The notes beneath the pieces were generated by a model. That model saw only the letters and a list, made by a program, of their open reading frames with translations, was not told where the DNA came from and ran no database searches. 64,000 nt of DNA from Promethearchaeota archaeon (lineage in GTDB: Archaea > Asgardarchaeota > Lokiarchaeia > Sigyniarchaeales > SOKP01): positions 32,001 through 96,000 of the forward strand of contig JAHPZJ010000015.1 in assembly GCA_019058245.1 (NCBI GenBank), read 5' to 3'. Each line of letters opens with the position of its first letter. The first letter of the stretch is position 1. Below, in pieces: positions 1 through 10,175 of this stretch. The position numbers were made by a program, and so were the translations under genes.

Positions 1-47
1 TTATAAATACAGAAGTTAATACCAGAACATTAGAGCTGATATAGAAG

Positions 48-782
48 TTAGAGATGGGTATTATCTTCAGATTTTTTCTTAAAATTTTTAAAAAGTTCGA
101 CAAAATTTATTTTTAACATCAAATATACACTTATAATAATGAAATATAGAGTAAGTATACTGATTAACCAATCTTCTCCTCCCAAAAAAATGCAAATATC
201 AAATAAATTATAAGCAAATATTAGCATTAATCCAAGTTTTCCAAACCATATCCAGAATATTGTCTTTTTTATATCATACTTTATTAAACCTAAAGGTACA
301 GTTATCATATCATCATTTAAGGGAGTAATTCCAAAAAGATATATAAGAAGTGGGGCTATTTTTGGGTGATCTACTAAAAATTGTTGATACTGTTTCAATG
401 TTTCATTTCTTTCAGCTGAAGTAAATTCAGAAGCACCCCTCCCAACTAAATACCCTCCCATCTCTCCAACTAAACAGCCTAATGAAGCTATAAATCCAAC
501 TAATAGTGGAATTAATATATTCATTTCTCGAAATGGTTGAGCGCTAAAACAAACTACGAAAGTATATGGAGTAGGAACGGGAATTAGAGTTCCTATCATA
601 CATACCAAAAAAGTAATAAGAAGTCCAGAACCTAAATCTTGAAATTGAGGATAACTTGAAATATTTTCAATTATTTCTCTATGGGACGCATTTATCAAAA
701 GATCTAATGAAAAAATTGTTAAAATTGTTAATAAAATTATAAAAATTAAGTCAATCCTTTTTAGCTTAATTTTAGGTTTCAC
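48..782 (-). CDS. DedA/VTT (SNARE-associated) family membrane protein
   Basis: Hydrophobic, with IPVPTP, GxLVGEMGGYLVGRG and TPLNDD...VPLGL DedA-type motifs. Confidence 0.75.
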   Translation of the reverse strand: MKPKIKLKRIDLIFIILLTILTIFSLDLLINASHREIIENISSYPQFQDLGSGLLITFLVCMIGTLIPVPTPYTFVVCFSAQPFREMNILIPLLVGFIASLGCLVGEMGGYLVGRGASEFTSAERNETLKQYQQFLVDHPKIAPLLIYLFGITPLNDDMITVPLGLIKYDIKKTIFWIWFGKLGLMLIFAYNLFDICIFLGGEDWLISILTLYFIIISVYLMLKINFVELFKNFKKKSEDNTHL

Positions 783-843
783 TTTTTGTATAGTAATTTA
801 GGTAAAGGATTTAAAGTTAAATAATTAATGCTTCTATTATGTT

Positions 844-996
844 TTAGAACATTGGAGTTAAAATTAGAATGAAACTTATTAGTATACTAACAAAAAAAAT
901 TAAAGTAAGAAAAATACCAAGAATTCTTTTTTTTCTCTGTCCCTTTTTTCTAACAGTTTTTTGCTCTTGAGATGGCTTACGTCTTACATGAGACAT
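844..996 (-). CDS. Small (50 aa) tail-anchored membrane protein, not in ORF track
   Basis: Manual translation MSHVRRKPSQEQKTVRKKGQRKKRILGIFLTLIFFVSILISFILILTPMF*: basic N-terminus and a single C-terminal TM helix; co-oriented with and filling the gap between its neighbours. Confidence 0.6.
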   Translation of the reverse strand: MSHVRRKPSQEQKTVRKKGQRKKRILGIFLTLIFFVSILISFILILTPMF

Positions 997-1023
997 GAGT
1001 TTTTATGTAGAGTAATTTTTAGA

Positions 1024-1707
1024 TTAATTGTTTTTATTATCAACTTTTTTTAAGAGTTCAGTCAAAACTACATTATTGAATGAAAAAAGCATCCTTGGGG
1101 TATAATTTTCCGCTAAATATGGACCATCTTCAACCTCTTCCTTTAATGGAAAAAGCTGTTTCTCTTTTATAACTGTTCCTAAATAATTTCTATCATACTC
1201 TTTATAACCAAAAATTTGATTTTTAACAATAACCATTTTTCTTTCATATCCTTCAGGAACACCCGCTTTTTCTAATAGTAAAAGTATCTTTTCTCTGGAA
1301 AGTGATTCAAGTAATTCTAAATCTTCTTGAGTTCCCTCATAAGCAGGTCCAACTTGTGCTTCAGTATAATCAATTTCCTTTTCAACACCTGTTGCAATTT
1401 TAAATCCCAAAGTCTCATTGCCTTCATCAACCGCAGCAATTTTAAACCCAAAACCATATCTATCTCTAATACTGGGTGCTAATTTAGCTGCTATAAACTT
1501 CATTCTTGTAGTAGTATTACTTCCATGCCATATCCATACTCTATACCTGTTAGGATCAATAAAAAGTAAGATGAAATCAGGATCGAGTAACTCATGTATT
1601 TCAATATCATCTGCAAACTCTAGTTCTTGAAAATCATTTAATTGATCATTATATTGAAATACAATAATTTTTTCTTTATCCAATTCAGGTAAAGTATCAT
1701 CTGACAT
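1024..1707 (-). CDS. Gelsolin-like domain protein with C-terminal extension (Asgard eukaryotic-signature protein)
   Basis: LLDPDFILLFID...VWIWHGSNTTTRMKFIAAKLA...VDEGNET resembles one gelsolin repeat. Confidence 0.65.
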   Translation of the reverse strand: MSDDTLPELDKEKIIVFQYNDQLNDFQELEFADDIEIHELLDPDFILLFIDPNRYRVWIWHGSNTTTRMKFIAAKLAPSIRDRYGFGFKIAAVDEGNETLGFKIATGVEKEIDYTEAQVGPAYEGTQEDLELLESLSREKILLLLEKAGVPEGYERKMVIVKNQIFGYKEYDRNYLGTVIKEKQLFPLKEEVEDGPYLAENYTPRMLFSFNNVVLTELLKKVDNKNN

Positions 1708-1819
1708 AATGGTGGTTAAAATATGTTCAATATATATTACTAAATAATTTTACTAATTTATTATTATTTGTAATTTACATATAAAAGATTCTACTATGAT
1801 TAAAATTCTAGCGGATTAA

Positions 1820-1959
1820 TGCGGGAAGGGAGATTTGAACTCCCGAACTCCTACGAGAATGGGTTCCAGGTTATCAAATAAAACTTTCTGAGCCCATCGC
1901 CTATAATCGGCTTTTGAATACAAATATTTCCACCTTTGACCAAACTTGGCAATTCCCGC
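1820..1959 (-). tRNA. tRNA-Leu(CAG) with two introns (1903-1935 in the D-loop; 1864-1885 in the anticodon arm)
   Basis: Spliced sequence GCGGGAATTGCCAAGTTTGGTCAAAGGCGATGGGCTCAGAACCCATTCTCGTAGGAGTTCGGGAGTTCAAATCTCCCTTCCCGCA folds as a type II tRNA: acceptor GCGGGAA/TTCCCGC, anticodon stem ATGGG/CCCAT, long variable arm, TTCAAAT T-loop, discriminator A. Confidence 0.9.
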
Positions 1960-2093
1960 AAAGTTATTGTATTTTTTCTTAATTCTTTATATATTTAACT
2001 ATTGATTATTCAAAATTGTTAATAATTTTAACGATTTTTACTTATATTCGTAAGGAATTTGATATAAAAACTATCCTACATTCTGATGAAAAA

Positions 2094-2720
2094 ATGGAGT
2101 CATTATTATCTGCTATTAGAGACCTTCAAAGCAGTGAAGTAAGAGAGATAGTAACCAATAGGATTAATGAATTTAAAGAACAGGGGAAAAAATCTATTGA
2201 AAATATATTTAAAGAACTATGTTTCTGTATAACGACCGCTAATTGTAGTGCTGAACGATGTATCGAGTTACAGCAAAATATAGGGGATGGTTTTCTCACT
2301 CTTTCAGAAACAGAGTTACCAGAAAAAATGAAAGTGGAAAAATATAGATTCCCTAATGTCCGCTCCAAATTTATTATTGAAGCCAGAGAAAAAATGAATC
2401 AAATAGAAGATATCATGAAGTCTGAGAGCAATGGAAGAAAACTAAGAGAATGGATTGTAAAAAATATAAAAGGTATTGGATATAAGGAAGCAAGTCATTT
2501 CTTAAGAAATATAGGATATAAGGAGTTTGCAATAGTAGATTTTCACATTGCTGACCTTTTAGCAAAATATAACATTGCAGAAAAACCAAAAAGGATGACA
2601 AAAACCAAGTATCTAGAAATTGAAGAAATCTTGAAAATTATAGGTAATAAAGCAAATTTAAATATGGCTGAATTGGATCTTTATTTATGGTATTTAGAAA
2701 CAGGAAAAATACTTAAATAA
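2094..2720 (+). CDS. ogg: 8-oxoguanine DNA glycosylase/AP lyase (archaeal Ogg2 type)
   Basis: ELCFCITTAN, YRFPN, HhH motif IKGIGYKEASHFLRNIG, C-terminal LDLYLWYLETGKILK; ATG at 2094 preferred over TTG 2016. Confidence 0.92.
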   Translation: MESLLSAIRDLQSSEVREIVTNRINEFKEQGKKSIENIFKELCFCITTANCSAERCIELQQNIGDGFLTLSETELPEKMKVEKYRFPNVRSKFIIEAREKMNQIEDIMKSESNGRKLREWIVKNIKGIGYKEASHFLRNIGYKEFAIVDFHIADLLAKYNIAEKPKRMTKTKYLEIEEILKIIGNKANLNMAELDLYLWYLETGKILK

Positions 2721-2822
2721 GAAAATTAACGCTTTAAGGGAGTGAGGAATTATCTTAAGGTTATTCTCCTTAAGAAACTTTTTTGTTAAAAATTAAAATA
2801 ATGGTAAAAAAAAAGGGTATTT

Positions 2823-3506
2823 TTAGCTTTTTAAATCATATCCACAGCCAGGACAAAATTGAGCTGCAGCATGAGGTATTTTTTCACCACAAGCAGGACA
2901 AAATTTAACTGTGTGAGTTTCCTCAATTGAAATAGGTTGAGAGATTGGTTCACTTACCAGAGGTTCCTCTTTACTAATGGGTTTAATTTCCACTCCTTCT
3001 GTTCCAGTAATTTTATCAATAACAAAAGCTAAGATTGAAATTCCGCCTGTAATGAATGGTGCTATAGTTGCGAAGCTAGGAGTGAAGGTTCCCCAAAATG
3101 TTTGGGGAGATAAATCATGTATTATTCCATAGAACATATATGCCATTTGAGATCCTGCAATATAATAAATTGCAACTCCTATAAGTATAATGCCTAAGGC
3201 TAACCAAGAACCAGGTATTTCTTTCTTTCTATGGGTGAGAGAGGAGATAAACATAACAATTATGCATATTATTATTAGACTTAAAGATATAATTCCAATA
3301 ATCAATAAGATTGGAATTTCAATAAATCCAAATGAGGGTCCCATCATTCCTCCAAAATTTATATACAAACCATCCATATATAGAAATTCAGTTCCCGGTC
3401 CAGAAAGATGAGCAGCTGCAGGGGTAAAAAGACTAATAAATGTAAGTATACTACCAATTAAAGGCAATACCCAGAGATAATTTCTAACTTTTTGCATTTC
3501 ATTCAA
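2823..3506 (-). CDS. Multi-pass membrane protein with C-terminal double zinc ribbon
   Basis: About 4 hydrophobic segments; FCPACG...FCPGCG. Confidence 0.7.
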   Translation of the reverse strand: MNEMQKVRNYLWVLPLIGSILTFISLFTPAAAHLSGPGTEFLYMDGLYINFGGMMGPSFGFIEIPILLIIGIISLSLIIICIIVMFISSLTHRKKEIPGSWLALGIILIGVAIYYIAGSQMAYMFYGIIHDLSPQTFWGTFTPSFATIAPFITGGISILAFVIDKITGTEGVEIKPISKEEPLVSEPISQPISIEETHTVKFCPACGEKIPHAAAQFCPGCGYDLKS

Positions 3507-3741
3507 CTCATTAATTTAATTATTATATATTGGAATAAGATATTATATAAAATTTATGTGCTGATTTATGTTTATCTTGTTTCTTATTTAATATTTTACC
3601 TTCTAATTTAAGATAAGAAATGGATTTATCCTAAGAGATTTCAATTCAACTTGAAGTTTTTAAACACGAGAAAACTTATTAAATGAATATGCAATTTAGA
3701 ATTCCATTGGACAATGTATATTTAAAAATATTAATAGAAAA

Positions 3742-4419
3742 TTGAAAATGAAACCTACGTGCCATAAGTGTAATAGTATTAATTTTTGTACTATAGGAAA
3801 GCCAAATCATAATATAAAAAACTGTCCTATGATAGTATGCTCTGAAATTGAGGAAAAAGCATTTAATCTTTATAAGTCTGATGAGCTAATAAAAAAGACT
3901 ACAAAAGAGGCGTCTATAGTTGAAGCAACAGGGTATATTTTGTGGTCTCGATTAAAAGATACTATAGAATTTGCTAAAAGAATGAATTTTAGAAAAATAG
4001 GTTTAGCTTTTTGTGTTGGATTACAACGAGAGGCAAAAAAAACGGCAGAAATCCTAGAGAAATATGATTTTGAGGTATTTTCAGTGTGCTGCAAAACAGG
4101 GTCAATGAAAAAAATAGAGTTAGGTGTTCCAGAAGAATATACAAACATTTCAAAAACAGGGTATCCTATTGGGGTTGTATCATGCAACCCCGTTGCCCAA
4201 GCACTCCTTTTGAATAATGCCCAGACAGATTTAAACTTAATAATTGGATTGTGTGTTGGACATGATATTACTTTTACACAACTTTCAAATGCTCCAGTCT
4301 CTACTTTAATTGCAAAAGATAGATCAAATCAGCATAATCCAGCATCAGTTTTGTATACACACTATGGAAATTCCTTTTTTACTAAAGATTTATTAATTAA
4401 AAAAAAAGAAGTAAAATGA
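3742..4419 (+). CDS. DUF1847 family Cys-rich metal-binding protein
   Basis: KIGLAFCVGL, SVCCKTG, CNPVAQA, GLCVGHD, KDR...HNP motifs. Confidence 0.85.
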   Translation: MKMKPTCHKCNSINFCTIGKPNHNIKNCPMIVCSEIEEKAFNLYKSDELIKKTTKEASIVEATGYILWSRLKDTIEFAKRMNFRKIGLAFCVGLQREAKKTAEILEKYDFEVFSVCCKTGSMKKIELGVPEEYTNISKTGYPIGVVSCNPVAQALLLNNAQTDLNLIIGLCVGHDITFTQLSNAPVSTLIAKDRSNQHNPASVLYTHYGNSFFTKDLLIKKKEVK

Positions 4420-4738
4420 GGTTTTTTTAAGATATTGAATGACAAATCTGGCAACTTATATAATGTATCAAAAATTATACTCTAAACTAAATTTATTTTA
4501 CAAACAAAGTAAATTTAAATAATTAATTGTGAAATTCATCATTAATGCTCAGAAAATAACAAAGTGATTTAAAATAAGATACCCAAATATTGTAGTAGAA
4601 TTTATTAAACAACTCCCTCAAGACCATTATGGTTTAAAAAAGCTAATTAAAAAAAATTATAAAAGAATAGATTTTGGTAAAATTAAATCTCCTAAGGTAA
4701 ATACTGGAAAAAAAAAAATAGAAAATCTTTATAACCTA

Positions 4739-6430
4739 TTGGTTAGTGAAATTCTCTCTACAAATCCAAAAGCATTAGAAATGCTTAAATATTTGTCTGT
4801 TATAAATACAAAAGTTGAGACCAATATTGATAGAATAGCAGTAGAACAGTCATATGATTCACAGAATTTTAATAATAACTTTAAAATACTATTAGAGACA
4901 GGATTAATAAAAGAGAAAGAGGGAAAAACAGGAATATATGAATTCGCATTTCCATATCTTCAAGAAATGTTAGAACTACAAACTGATAAAAAATCACATG
5001 AGTATGCACTTCGATACTACGAAGTAAAAACTAAAAAATTAAAGATTGATATTCTAGATGATATTGAAATTCTGTTTCATAAAGTTAAAGTAAATCCTAC
5101 CGAGATATTGATAAATGAATTTCTTTCTATAGCAAGTAGTATAGATCAATTTGATCAACGTCATAATAAATTAATTGATATTGGCATAGAATTACTTATA
5201 TTTGAAGATAAATATAAAGCACCCATTTTATTCGTGCTTGGTAATATTCTATCTATTATTGGAAATCCGGAGGACGCTGAGAAGACCTATCTTAATGCTA
5301 TAAAGATTTTCAAAAAGTTAGCAAAAAAGTACTACAGAATTTATTTACCTTATATTGCGACAATTCAAAAAAATCTTGGAACCCTTTATACAGACTTAAA
5401 ACGGTTTGAAGAAGCAGAAAAAATATATAGTAATGCCCTAAATTCATATAAAGAAATAGAAAAGAACTACTATGATGTGTATACCCCTGATTTTGATTCA
5501 AAAGAATATTCTAAAACGGAAGAATCCTATATTGATGATTTAAAGGCATACACTAAGTTATTAGAAAAAAATTACGATATCTATTTACCTGAAGAACCTT
5601 CTCCTACAAGTAATTTAGGAAATGTTTGTATTGATTTAGATTTACTAGAGGATCTTCAAGATGGGTCAATTGATTCTTTTGATAATTATAAAAAATTAGC
5701 ACATATGTGCTATCATATGTATTTAATTGATATTGCGAAAACCCAGAGCAATTTAGGACTTATTTATACTAATTTAGGAAGATATGAAGAAGCCGAAAAG
5801 ATGCATCTAGAAGCGTTAAAAATTAAAAGAAAAATAGCTGAGACTTATCCTGATCAAGTGTTGCCTGAATTAGCGTTCAGTTTTTTAGATCTCGGTGATC
5901 TCTATGCTAGTCTAAATAGATTTGAGGAGGCTGAATCTATGTTTAAGGATGCATTAAAGACTTCAAAAGAGTTAGTAAAAGAAAATCCAGAAGTATATAT
6001 GTATAATACAGCTCTTATACAAAATTCCCTTGGAATTATATATACAAGATTAAAAAATTATGATTTAGCAGAACAGATGTATCTTGATGCCCTTAAAACA
6101 TTTAAAATTTATGCAAAAGAAAATCCTGAACCTTACATTTATAATGTTGCTGATGTCCAGAACAATCTTGGTAATTTATACCTCATTTTAAGAAATCTTG
6201 AAAGAGCCCAATATTATCTTAGTAAGGCTATTAAGAAAGATCCTAATAATACTATAATATTATATAATATTGCGTGTCTTGAAGCACTAAGCAATAATCC
6301 AACTAAAGCATTAGAATTATTATCCAAATTAATTGAAATAGATAATAGTTATATTGAAAGAGCAAAATCAGATCAAAATTTCAATAATATCAGAGATTTA
6401 AAGGAATTTAAAGAAATAATTGGTAATTAA
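4739..6430 (+). CDS. Tetratricopeptide repeat protein (reading frame open upstream to 4568)
   Basis: Repeated NLGxxY...F(Y)EEAE...AL units; C-terminal YNIAC...D.NF.NIR TPR-end motif. Confidence 0.85.
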   Translation: MVSEILSTNPKALEMLKYLSVINTKVETNIDRIAVEQSYDSQNFNNNFKILLETGLIKEKEGKTGIYEFAFPYLQEMLELQTDKKSHEYALRYYEVKTKKLKIDILDDIEILFHKVKVNPTEILINEFLSIASSIDQFDQRHNKLIDIGIELLIFEDKYKAPILFVLGNILSIIGNPEDAEKTYLNAIKIFKKLAKKYYRIYLPYIATIQKNLGTLYTDLKRFEEAEKIYSNALNSYKEIEKNYYDVYTPDFDSKEYSKTEESYIDDLKAYTKLLEKNYDIYLPEEPSPTSNLGNVCIDLDLLEDLQDGSIDSFDNYKKLAHMCYHMYLIDIAKTQSNLGLIYTNLGRYEEAEKMHLEALKIKRKIAETYPDQVLPELAFSFLDLGDLYASLNRFEEAESMFKDALKTSKELVKENPEVYMYNTALIQNSLGIIYTRLKNYDLAEQMYLDALKTFKIYAKENPEPYIYNVADVQNNLGNLYLILRNLERAQYYLSKAIKKDPNNTIILYNIACLEALSNNPTKALELLSKLIEIDNSYIERAKSDQNFNNIRDLKEFKEIIGN

Positions 6431-6629
6431 TATATAAATTACTTATTTAAGTTCTGCTCTTTAGCTCAAATGTGAATAAAAATAATCTATATGATTCCTT
6501 ATAATAGGAAATCTATTTATTCTTACAATAATAAATTTAAATGAATAGTATTTATTCTATCAATCATTAGGATTTAGATATATAATAAATTAAAAAAGTA
6601 ACTTATAAAAATAGAAAAGAGGAGTTTAA

Positions 6630-8234
6630 ATGGGAAATTTAAAAGTTCTCGTTCTTGATAACCTTGATAATGTAGGTATTGAAATCTTTAATCAAGAGGG
6701 AATTCAAACTGACATTAAGGGAAAGCTAACACCAGATGAATTAGCAGCTATTATTGATAATTATGATGGTATCGCTCTCCGAGGAGCTACAAAAGTTACT
6801 GCTGAAGTATTTAAAAATATTTCTCGTTTGAAAGTGATTGGTCGTGCTGGTTCTGGAACCGACAATATTGATACAAAAATTGCCACAAAAAACGGTGTAG
6901 TAGTAATGAATGCTCCAGGGGGTAATACGATAACCACAGCAGAACATGCAATCGCTTTAATGTTTGCTCTAGCACGTCGAGTACCTCAAGCTTCTGCTTC
7001 TATGAAAGAGGGAAAATGGGAGAAGAATAGTTTTATAGGAACCGAACTCACTGATAAAACGCTGGGGATAATAGGAATTGGGAACATCGGAAAAATTGTG
7101 GCTGAGCGTGCTTTAGGTCTCAAAATGATTGTTTTAGGATATGACCCCTTTGTTAATAAAGAAGATATGTTGAAACTAGGCATTGAACCAGTTAAACTCG
7201 ATGAAATTTATGCTCGATCTGACTTTATTAGTTATCATACACCCCTTACTCCAGAAACAAAAGGAATGATCAATGCTCAGACAATTGCTAAGATGAAAAA
7301 GGGAGTTTTTCTTATAAATTGTGCACGGGGAGCTTTAATCAATGAAATTGATCTTCTGAACGCTCTTGAATCTGATCACGTTAAAGGAGTTGCTCTTGAT
7401 GTATTCCCTGTAGAGCCACCCTCCTCAAATACAGGACTATATAAACATCCTAATGTAATTCTAACTCCTCACTTAGGTGCTTCTACGAACGAAGCTCAAA
7501 AAAAAGTTGCGGTTATGATAGCAGAACAAATCTGTGATTTTCTTAAAAATGGTATAATTCGAAATTCAATTAATTTTCCTTCTGTGGCAGCGGAGCTGCT
7601 CCCAATTTTACAACCCTACTTTTCCCTATGTGAAAGATTAGGATCATTTTTAGGACAAATCCTTGAAGATCCCCTAAATGAACTTCGAGTTGAATATTTA
7701 GGAAACGCATCAAATCTTAAGGTTGCTTCACTCACGCTTTTTGTTCTAAAGGGAATTCTTCAACACCAAATTGAAGATGTCAATTTAGTTAATTCACGTA
7801 TGATTGCTGAAGAGCGCGGAATAAAAATTACAGAAGCTAAATCAAATAAAGCAGATAATTATATGAGTTTAATTCGTGTGATTACTATTACTGAAAAGGG
7901 TGAAAAATCAGTATCAGGAACTATCTTCGGGAATGGCCCTAAAATTATACAAATTAATAATTTTCCAATTGAAGCTGAATTATCAGGAGGAATGTTAATG
8001 CTTGAAAATCAAGATGTTCCTGGCGTTGTTGGCAGAGTAGGAACTTTCCTTGGAGAAAAAGCTATCAACATAGCAGGGCTTCAACTTGGTCGAAAAGAGG
8101 CAGGGGGTATTGCTATATCTCTTATAAATGTAGATAATGTTGTACCTGATGATGTACTTGCTCAACTTGCAAAATTACCTCATATAACATCAGCCAGATA
8201 TCTAAGATTCTCTAAAAATTCTCTGCAACAATGA
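6630..8234 (+). CDS. serA: D-3-phosphoglycerate dehydrogenase (long form with ASB and ACT domains)
   Basis: GRAGSGTDNID, GIGNIG, INCARG, TPHLGAST, C-terminal ACT NQDVPGVVG; SD GAGGAG upstream. Confidence 0.95.
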   Translation: MGNLKVLVLDNLDNVGIEIFNQEGIQTDIKGKLTPDELAAIIDNYDGIALRGATKVTAEVFKNISRLKVIGRAGSGTDNIDTKIATKNGVVVMNAPGGNTITTAEHAIALMFALARRVPQASASMKEGKWEKNSFIGTELTDKTLGIIGIGNIGKIVAERALGLKMIVLGYDPFVNKEDMLKLGIEPVKLDEIYARSDFISYHTPLTPETKGMINAQTIAKMKKGVFLINCARGALINEIDLLNALESDHVKGVALDVFPVEPPSSNTGLYKHPNVILTPHLGASTNEAQKKVAVMIAEQICDFLKNGIIRNSINFPSVAAELLPILQPYFSLCERLGSFLGQILEDPLNELRVEYLGNASNLKVASLTLFVLKGILQHQIEDVNLVNSRMIAEERGIKITEAKSNKADNYMSLIRVITITEKGEKSVSGTIFGNGPKIIQINNFPIEAELSGGMLMLENQDVPGVVGRVGTFLGEKAINIAGLQLGRKEAGGIAISLINVDNVVPDDVLAQLAKLPHITSARYLRFSKNSLQQ

Positions 8235-8292
8235 TAAATGAATTTCAATATCCAAAATTTCAGTAAAAAAATTAATTAATAAATTAAAAAAA

Positions 8293-9999
8293 TTAAATCC
8301 TTCTTACTATTTTTCTTACTGAATTCCGTTTCACATAGAGTATAATTATTATTATAACTCCAAGCAATGACCCTGTAAACAAAAAAGTAATTTGAAAGCC
8401 TGGTATTCTATCTTCTTCAAATGTAACTAGTATTGTGGTTTCTTGATCATTACCAGTGGTATCTACAGCTCGAGCTGTGATATTATGAAGTCCCTTACTA
8501 TAATCTGCTGTATTTAAACTATGAATTACTACAGGGTATGGGTAATAATTTGGCATATCTTCTTCTTTCAATAACACTTCATCAAAGTAAATTTGTATTT
8601 TATCAAGTGCTTGGTCATCATCGCCCTCTACTGTAATATTTACGATCCCACTTAAACCTGCCCCCGATTCGGGATTTGTAATTATTATCGTAGGATCAAC
8701 ATTATCTGCTGGAGCAATTCCATCTCCATTAATACTTACTTCAGTGGAAATAATTTGACTACCTCTTCCGTTCACATCTTCAGCAAAAAATGACATTTTA
8801 TAGTTAGAACCAAGTGTTGGAGAATTGATCGATACTCTTCCAGAAAAATTTCCATTCCCATCAGGTGTTAATTTCCATTGATATGCAGGTTCATTCTCAT
8901 CCCAAAGTCCCATTGATTCATTATCATTCGGGTCTGGGGGTGTCCAATCATCAGGTATTACTCTACAAGTCACATTCGCAATAGCCGTTGAACTATCAAC
9001 TCCTATGGTAATTGGAAAAGTTATTCTTTCGGGATTAAATACTACCCAAAATTTTAAAGGAACAAACAGAACTTGCGGATACGGAATCAAAAAAAGAGGA
9101 CATCCCTGACATATATAAGTATTTTTTGCATCGTTTCCATCTCCCGAACTTGGAAGTTGTCCCCAAGCATTTACTATATGTCCAACACCATCATGATTAT
9201 CCTCAATACATGGGTTTTGCACCTCATAACCTAAAGCTTTAATCTCATGATGAGCATCTACGAAAGCATCTCCAATGGAATTTCCTGCCAGAATAGAATT
9301 TAAAAGCCCTTCTCCAAACAACGAAATATGAGGTGGGATCGGACTCCACCATGCGCTATAACCAGGTTCCGTTGAAGTCATAATTATCCTATTGGATTTA
9401 CTTAAATCATCTAACCAAGATCCAGAAGCACATGCCTCATATATAACAATAATCCGATCACATCCAGAAGCTGCCTCAAAATCATCCAGATATTGATCAA
9501 CTTCCCAAGCAGCTAATGAAGTAAAAGGAGCCATTGACATTGCATCGGTTCCTCCATGATCATGTATATAGACCGCTAACACACCATTTGGACCAACCTT
9601 ACTTGGTGCCCATTCAGTAAATGCATATTCTAAATTTGGACGATAAGAAGCCGCATATTCCCGTGTAGTATATGTAACAGAATATAATGGAACTAACATT
9701 AAAATTTCATCAGCAGTATTGCCACATGCTAATGCTTGATCATAGACCCATTCACATGTCAATAATACTAATTCCCATGCTTCATGATCTGATCTATCTC
9801 CTCCAATAATGATCCAAGCATCTATACACTCGTATTGAGCAGTACTAGCTTTAACCGAATTATTGGAATTAGTTATAAATTGATTATCACTTAGATTTCC
9901 ACTAGAATTATTTATAAGTATCATTTGTGTACTTGGTAGAAAAATTACGAGAATTGTTAAAATCATTAAAAACATTATTTTTAAATTGAATTTCTTCAT
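8293..9999 (-). CDS. Secreted clan CD (C13 legumain-like) cysteine peptidase with Ig-like domain and C-terminal PGF-type membrane anchor
   Basis: Signal peptide MKKFNLK..., catalytic DHGG and EACASG, Ig-like domain (GLHNITARAVD), IPGF+TM+basic tail. Confidence 0.7.
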   Translation of the reverse strand: MKKFNLKIMFLMILTILVIFLPSTQMILINNSSGNLSDNQFITNSNNSVKASTAQYECIDAWIIIGGDRSDHEAWELVLLTCEWVYDQALACGNTADEILMLVPLYSVTYTTREYAASYRPNLEYAFTEWAPSKVGPNGVLAVYIHDHGGTDAMSMAPFTSLAAWEVDQYLDDFEAASGCDRIIVIYEACASGSWLDDLSKSNRIIMTSTEPGYSAWWSPIPPHISLFGEGLLNSILAGNSIGDAFVDAHHEIKALGYEVQNPCIEDNHDGVGHIVNAWGQLPSSGDGNDAKNTYICQGCPLFLIPYPQVLFVPLKFWVVFNPERITFPITIGVDSSTAIANVTCRVIPDDWTPPDPNDNESMGLWDENEPAYQWKLTPDGNGNFSGRVSINSPTLGSNYKMSFFAEDVNGRGSQIISTEVSINGDGIAPADNVDPTIIITNPESGAGLSGIVNITVEGDDDQALDKIQIYFDEVLLKEEDMPNYYPYPVVIHSLNTADYSKGLHNITARAVDTTGNDQETTILVTFEEDRIPGFQITFLFTGSLLGVIIIIILYVKRNSVRKIVRRI

Positions 10000-10175
10000 A
10001 ATTATTAAATCACTTATGAATAAATGATGCATAGTAAATGATTATAAGGGACTATTTAAATCTATGGAAGAGTGCTGGAATTCAATATCATATTTTTTAT
10101 TCTTCTCTACTTATAATATTTTTAAAATTTAATGAAAAAAAGAAAATAAAAAGTATAAAAAAAAAGATTTAAATC

